DNA from: Paramecium tetraurelia
Taxonomy: Eukaryota
DNA length: 20,000 bases
Reading direction: 5' to 3'
Assembly: GCA_000165425.1 (NCBI GenBank)
Contig: CT868027.1
Location: 240,782 to 260,781, forward strand
In this document: positions 14,559-20,000 of the stretch, piece by piece
Position numbering within the stretch: position 1 is the first letter of the stretch
How the letters are laid out: each line of letters begins with the position of its first letter
Program-made: the position numbers and the translations under genes
The notes under the pieces: generated by a model
Databases searched by the model: none
Told to the model about the DNA's origin: nothing
Seen by the model: the letters and a program-made list of their open reading frames with translations, nothing else

Positions 14559-15959
14559 ATGAAATAACATAGCATAGATTATGAATAATGTCTCTTTTAA
14601 TGCAAAACAAAGAAAAAATAATTAATAGGAAAAGAGAATAGATTTATATATGTGTTTGAGGATCGCTTGATAATAAATAGAAACTAAAATAAAGGTGATC
14701 CTGCAAGAGTGATTAACTTTGAAAATTTAATTAGAGTAAAGTGGAACTATTCAATAAATCCAAAATCATTCAAAACCTTTCTTAAAAGCTTTACTTTAGA
14801 GACTAACAATAATAAGGAATTATTGAAATATTATGCGGACTTTGAGATGTTAATAGCTTTAAAAAAAATATTACAGAAATTTGTTTAACAAAGTTCTCTT
14901 GAAGATGAATATGAAACTTAGCAAGTATTGGGAGAGGGTAGTTATGCAGTAGTATTTCAATTGAAAAATATTTTCACTGGATAGCAATATCCCGGAAAGT
15001 GTATAGAGAAAAAAAAACTTGATAAAATTGATAAAGGATTAAAAGCAGTGATGAATGAGATAGAAATTATGAGAATTTTAAGTCCAAATGCTTAAATAGT
15101 TAATTTGCATGAAGTTTATGATGGTGTAAATAGTATAAATTTAGTATTGGATTTATGTTCTGGAGAAAATTTGTAAGCAGAATTAACAAAACGCAATTTA
15201 ATTCTAGAAGATTCAGAAATTAAAATTGTAATTACTATCAATTATTTCAGATTATGCATCACCTTTTATTAGCTGTTGACTATATTCATAGCAAAGGAGT
15301 CATGCATAGAGATTTAAAACCTGAAAACATACTATTTTAGAAACCATAAGATTTTACAACCTTAAAGATAGGCGATTTCGGACTTGCCGCAATATAAACT
15401 GATACTCCTTATCTTTATCCTAAATGTGGTACTCCAGGATTTGTTGCTCCAGAAAGTAATTTCTATGTTTTAATTAGAGTAAAGTTGCCAATTTAGTTGA
15501 AAAAGATAAAGAATATAGTAGAATCTGCGATATCTTTAGTTGTGGAGCAATTTTTCATTTGCTTTTATTAGGAGAAGGAGTATTTCCCGGTAAAGGACAT
15601 TTGGAATTACTTAAACTAAATAAAGAATGCAATATCAATCCAGATGATAAGAGATATGATATTTTAACAATTGAGCAAAAAGATCTATTGTAAGAATAAT
15701 TAAAATTATAAGATTTAAAATGCTTAAGACTAATCCTGATCATCGTCCTTTTGCCAAAGACTTACTAAATCATCCATATTTTACTAATTAGAAATTAAAT
15801 GCTGTTGGAATATTCAGCATGAATGTGATAAAATTCGAAGACGATAATACTTTAGTTATGTAAGATTAAATCCATTCTCCAACAAAAATTGGATTAGAAA
15901 AAAGATTTTCATTTTTATAAATGAGTAATGAAAGAAACACTCCTTTGAAAATTATATGA
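14559..15959 (+). CDS. CAMK-like Ser/Thr protein kinase with an N-terminal PH-like extension, ~441 aa; introns 15228-15250, 15456-15484, 15690-15712
   Basis: [60 protein letters not shown]. Three introns (23, 29, 23 nt) give the frame to TGA at 15957-15959. The ~120 aa N-terminal beta-rich region ([14 protein letters not shown]) is only tentatively PH-like. Confidence 0.9.
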
Positions 15960-16048
15960 TAAAAATTATACTGTTCATTTGTAAATCATTTCGTTTAGAT
16001 AATTATTTATTATATTCAATTTATTATAAGTGAATTTGGCCTTAAATC

Positions 16049-17626
16049 ATGGAATCTTTAGCTCAATAAATTAAGGGATTGTAATAGAAGAATCAAGAGC
16101 TTTCTTAATTAGAAAATAGACTGGTTTAGTTAAAATAATAGTTAAAATTACAAGAATCGAATAATCATATAATATAATAGAAAGTTAACAAAATATTGGA
16201 AACTAAGGAAAGCACATATTAAGATCAGAGAGATGTAAATATTAATTGTAATTGTAGTTATTAAAATAACTTGAATAATCTCAAAGCCTCAAAGATGCTA
16301 ATTATAATCGTATTCGTTTAATGAAGCAATAATAAGTGGATGAAACAATGAAATTAAAATAATAATTATCAGACGATAAACTAATGAGAACTCTTACATA
16401 AAAACAAAACTCACAGATTCTTTAATATCAACTCAAAAAATTAAAAGATCAGGAGTTATATAATAAGCAATAGTAATTTAACAAGGTAACTTTTGAATAA
16501 GAGTATATTTTAGATTTCAGAATGGGAATTTTAAATGAAATAGGATCTAGAATAAAAGAAAAATGAAAAAATTGAAAAAATAAGAGGAGAATAATTATAA
16601 TATAAAGCTTAATTATCTTAGAAGCTAGATCAATAATAAAAATATTATCAAAAATTATATGATGAAGAATAATAATTGTTGAGGTAATTTTGTCTTATAA
16701 ACAAGTTAGCAAATTACACAACTCATAATCAATTGCTTAGAATTTAAAATAAGACTTAAGTTAAGTTTAAAGCCTTAGTATAAAATTTTATAACAACTCA
16801 TTGACTACTATCTCCTCCTCTATCAAATCATATAGTGTACCAAAATTAACAAAGAAATAATTAGAAAGTCCTTATGCTCAAATTCCTGCAATTCTTAAAA
16901 TTAAAATCAATAAGTAATGTTAAATATAATAGTAGAGAAAAATCTTATGGTGGAAGCGAAAATTTCTTTCCTTGCATTGAAAAACCAAGCCATTAAGAAC
17001 AATAAAAACATATGGAAAGACTGTATTAATCTAAAAATTAACTTCCGCTGAATTAACAACATGAATATCAAGTTTAGAAAACAGGGATTCAATAGTTTAA
17101 ATAAACAAGTCAATCTCATTTTGAATCCTAAAGTCATAATCATAATAGCAATAGAACGAAATTTTTGAGTTCAACTTAAACTGGAAAATAGAAAGATTTC
17201 GGCACGATAACGAAAATGACAGAAACAAATAGGTCAAACAATCAAAAAAATAACAATACTTAATAAAAGGATACCTAGGAATAATAAGAATAGAAAAAGA
17301 TAGAAACTTTAAATAATTCAAAAGATATTTAAAAAAAAGAAGATTAATTAGAAAAACAAAAAAGCCTAAAATAAGAAAATCAAAAAGAATAACCACTTTA
17401 AAAAGAACCTGAAGAAGTTGAGGAAAATTATGAAGATGAGAATTACGAAGAAGAATTTAATCAAGAATAAGAGTAGGAGTAAGAATAAGAGTAGTAGTAA
17501 GAGTAGGAGTAGGAGTAAGAGTAGGAGTAAGATTAGGAGTAAGAGCAAGATTAGGAACAGTAAGAAAATGAGCATTAATCAGAATAGAAAGATAATAAAG
17601 AAGATTATGAAGATGAATATTAATGA
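16049..17626 (+). CDS. Uncharacterised Q/K/E-rich coiled-coil protein with an acidic (EQ)n tail, ~492 aa; introns 16235-16257, 16486-16513, 16684-16709, 16914-16935
   Basis: MESLAQQIKGLQQKNQELSQLENRLVQLKQQ... continues through four GT..AG introns (23, 28, 26, 22 nt) to TGA at 17624-17626. The spliced length is divisible by 3. No recognisable domain. Confidence 0.72.
17462..17562 (+). repeat. Imperfect hexamer tandem repeat (GAG TAR)n encoding EQEQEQ...
   Basis: gaataagagtaggagtaagaataagagtagtagtaagagtaggagtaggagtaagagtaggagtaagattaggagtaagagcaagattag lies in frame with the 16049-17626 gene. TAA, TAG and CAA interchange at the Gln position. Confidence 0.85.
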
Positions 17627-17675
17627 TATGAATTTAAGATATAAATATAATTTCTAAATATACAAATTATATAAA

Positions 17676-19269
17676 TCATATAAATAATGTACATATTCTT
17701 GCAATTATTGTCTAAATTGGTTAATATATAAGCATAGCTCCCAATTAGTATTCCTTTGCATTTATGTCTATGCTGTCTTTATGTAATTACCAATTTAATT
17801 CTAATAGCACTATTATAGCGTATGCAACAAAAACACATGATATTCCGATTAAATAGGTTATAACTATAGCTTAGAATTGCATAATAGCAAATTAAATCTA
17901 ACTTATAAATATAATAATTGGGCAAATCATCATGAAAACAAATGCCTTCTTATTTTCAATATTCTCCTTTTTGATAAACGAATATGCTTCAAATCCGATA
18001 CCAATTCCTGTGAACATACTTAGAGCGATGCATAATAAATATTCCTTTAATTAAGTTTTGCTTTAATCATCAGTAGTATTATCTTCTTGCATTACCATAA
18101 AGCTTGTAATGCCAATAAGGATTAACGAATAGAAAAATATTTCTATTATTACTAAAACCCATTTAATTATCTAGATATTAATTAAGGTATACATAATTAA
18201 TTCTTCGATGAAATATCAAAATCAATGGATATAAAATAAGAGAAAAAGCTAAGCTCACCCAAAATAAAGCAGAAAATGAATAATCTTCTCCTTTGGGTTT
18301 AATTAAAAAATGAGAAAAGCATTAAGGTTAATATCCACATCCAAACATTAATGAAATTTGCAAAATTAGGATGATAATTGAAAAAAAAGACGATATCTGT
18401 TTAAGATATTTTAACTTAATCTCATAACTTCCAATACTTAAATCATTCTAACCATTTTGATTTTTTATTATTGATTTGGTTAAGCCTACTAATAGTTGAA
18501 ATTAAACTCCTAATAACATGCAACATAACACTTAAATATCATCGAAAGTGAACTTTTTAAAAAATGAAAATTTACTTCTTTTTATAATTTGTATTTTTAA
18601 GTGATTTATAACATATATGAACTCAACCATGTAATAATCATAGTCACAAATGTTTAAAATAATGGTGAATATATTCCTACAAATATATTCAATATGAATT
18701 CAATTGAAATTGGAGTAATTAATACAATCAACCAGCATTCTATTAATGGATATATATGATATTGAATACCTTCTCCTTAAAAATGAGTGCTTGTCATATT
18801 TGAATAAAAATTAAGTAATAAGATAACACCTCCAATTTACAAATAAATTCTCCATAATTAATCTTCGAAATTCACTCCTAAAAGAGTCCAAATAAAAAGA
18901 AATGCAAAACTCCCACAAATTAAGTAAATTACACTTGTTAATGTATTCCAAATTTTTTTATTTTAATTTTCAGCCAGAGAAGCACTGTATTCAAAATAAA
19001 AATGACATAGTTAGCAAATTATGATTAGGCCCCAAAAGATCCATTATTTTTCATATTAATATATATATTTTCCTAAAAGTGAAACACCGCAAAAACACTA
19101 AGATTTAAGAATTAATTTTACAATGTATTCTAAGAGCAGGAGAGTGTATGTTTTACGAATAAATGTATTTCGATAATCATCTAAACTGATTCTAAGGGGA
19201 TATAATCTTTAAATACCCATTTTTATCAAGAAAACTCTTTTGCATGGATAATATTTCCATATAACTCAT
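17676..19269 (-). CDS. Polytopic membrane protein, ~499 aa, probably two tandem divergent Bax inhibitor-1/TMBIM-like units; introns 18171-18192, 18553-18575, 19098-19121, 19192-19216
   Basis: A frame-consistent model runs from ATG 19269 to TGA 17678-17676 and is highly hydrophobic throughout. The N-terminal DDYRNTFIRKTYTLLLL resembles the TMBIM/LFG 'R..FIRKVY.IL' motif. The C-terminal KEYQLGAMLIYQPIQTII resembles 'EEY..AAL.LY.DIIN'. The family call is tentative. Confidence 0.72.
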
Positions 19270-19343
19270 CTTTGATAATGCAATATTATATAATTATGAA
19301 AATAAATAAATATTTTTTATACCATGAATTTGTGATGGTTATC

Positions 19344-19993
19344 TCATTATGCTTCCTTCTTTATCAGTTCTACTATATCTGATCTACAATTTGGACACTT
19401 ACGGCTATTTGATAGCCAAGATTTACAACAATTTTCGTGAAATATATGTTTACAAGGGAGCTACAAAATCTACTCCTCTTTATATATTAAATACTCTTTA
19501 CCTTTCTGGAACTCATTGCAACATATGCTACACTTCTTATTGGATTTGCCCATTTTCATTCTTTTAATTTTATCCATAAAATTTTTAGGAACTCCATTGC
19601 TTTTATGAAAAACTTTATTTAAGTTATTTTCCCATAATTATTGTTGCAATTACTAAATAGATAGATACTATTCTTACTTATATTTCTTGTTAATACCCTT
19701 GAGCAACTAAAATAATAATAAGTTTTACTTTGTTCCCAAAACCTAATCTACATTATGTCACTTTGTTCATTTTATTAGTTCTCTTATATTTAACAATTTT
19801 TACTCCTACATTCTTCCCCAATTAATAAATTCATTATGTTTATGTTTTAGTTATTGTCTTTAAATTTTGTTCGATAATTATTTAAATTAATCTTTGTAAA
19901 ATATTATATCAAGTAATATACGATATTCGAATAAGTATATTTTAAATTCTTTTTTTCTTATATTTAATTATTATATTTGATATTCAGTGTCAT
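19344..19993 (-). CDS. RING-H2 zinc finger protein (putative E3 ubiquitin ligase); introns 19478-19501, 19653-19677, 19707-19728; start uncertain (ATG 19993, ATG 19834, or beyond the window)
   Basis: C-terminal CSICCNEFQKEEQILQLPCKHIFHENCCKSWLSNSRKCPNCR matches the C3H2C3 RING-H2 pattern and is preceded by GVPKNFMDKIKR. TGA at 19346-19344. Confidence 0.88.
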
Positions 19994-20000
19994 AATATTA

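Noticed and set aside
16907..17657. ORF-track entries such as poly-Leu 17366-17575(-), RS-like 17418-17657(+), 16907-17143(-) and 17097-17396(-)
   Set aside because: These are antisense or off-frame shadows of the Q/E-rich gene and its hexamer repeat.

Overview
Very AT-rich, gene-dense eukaryotic DNA from a ciliate macronuclear genome, most likely Paramecium. Long reading frames open only under translation table 6 (TAA/TAG = Gln, TGA = stop), and they are interrupted by tiny 22-29 nt GT..AG introns. The supplied standard-code ORF track is therefore mostly fragments or spurious ORFs. Manual translation gives ten loci with almost no intergenic space, in this order: the 3' part of a VPS13-family gene; two adjacent decayed genes (a CDK-like kinase and a protein-L-isoaspartate methyltransferase); GPN1 GTPase; an Aurora-like kinase with a long coiled-coil tail; a POP-type organellar family-A DNA polymerase; a CAMK-like kinase; a Q/E-rich coiled-coil protein; a polytopic membrane protein that looks like two fused Bax-inhibitor-1/TMBIM-like units; and a RING-H2 protein. 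The most notable points are a PH-like domain inserted in the last VPS13 VAB repeat, the apparent tandem TMBIM protein, the pseudogene pair, and a gap of only 7 bp between the PCMT pseudogene ATG and the GPN1 ATG. All calls come from reading motifs by eye; no searches were run.
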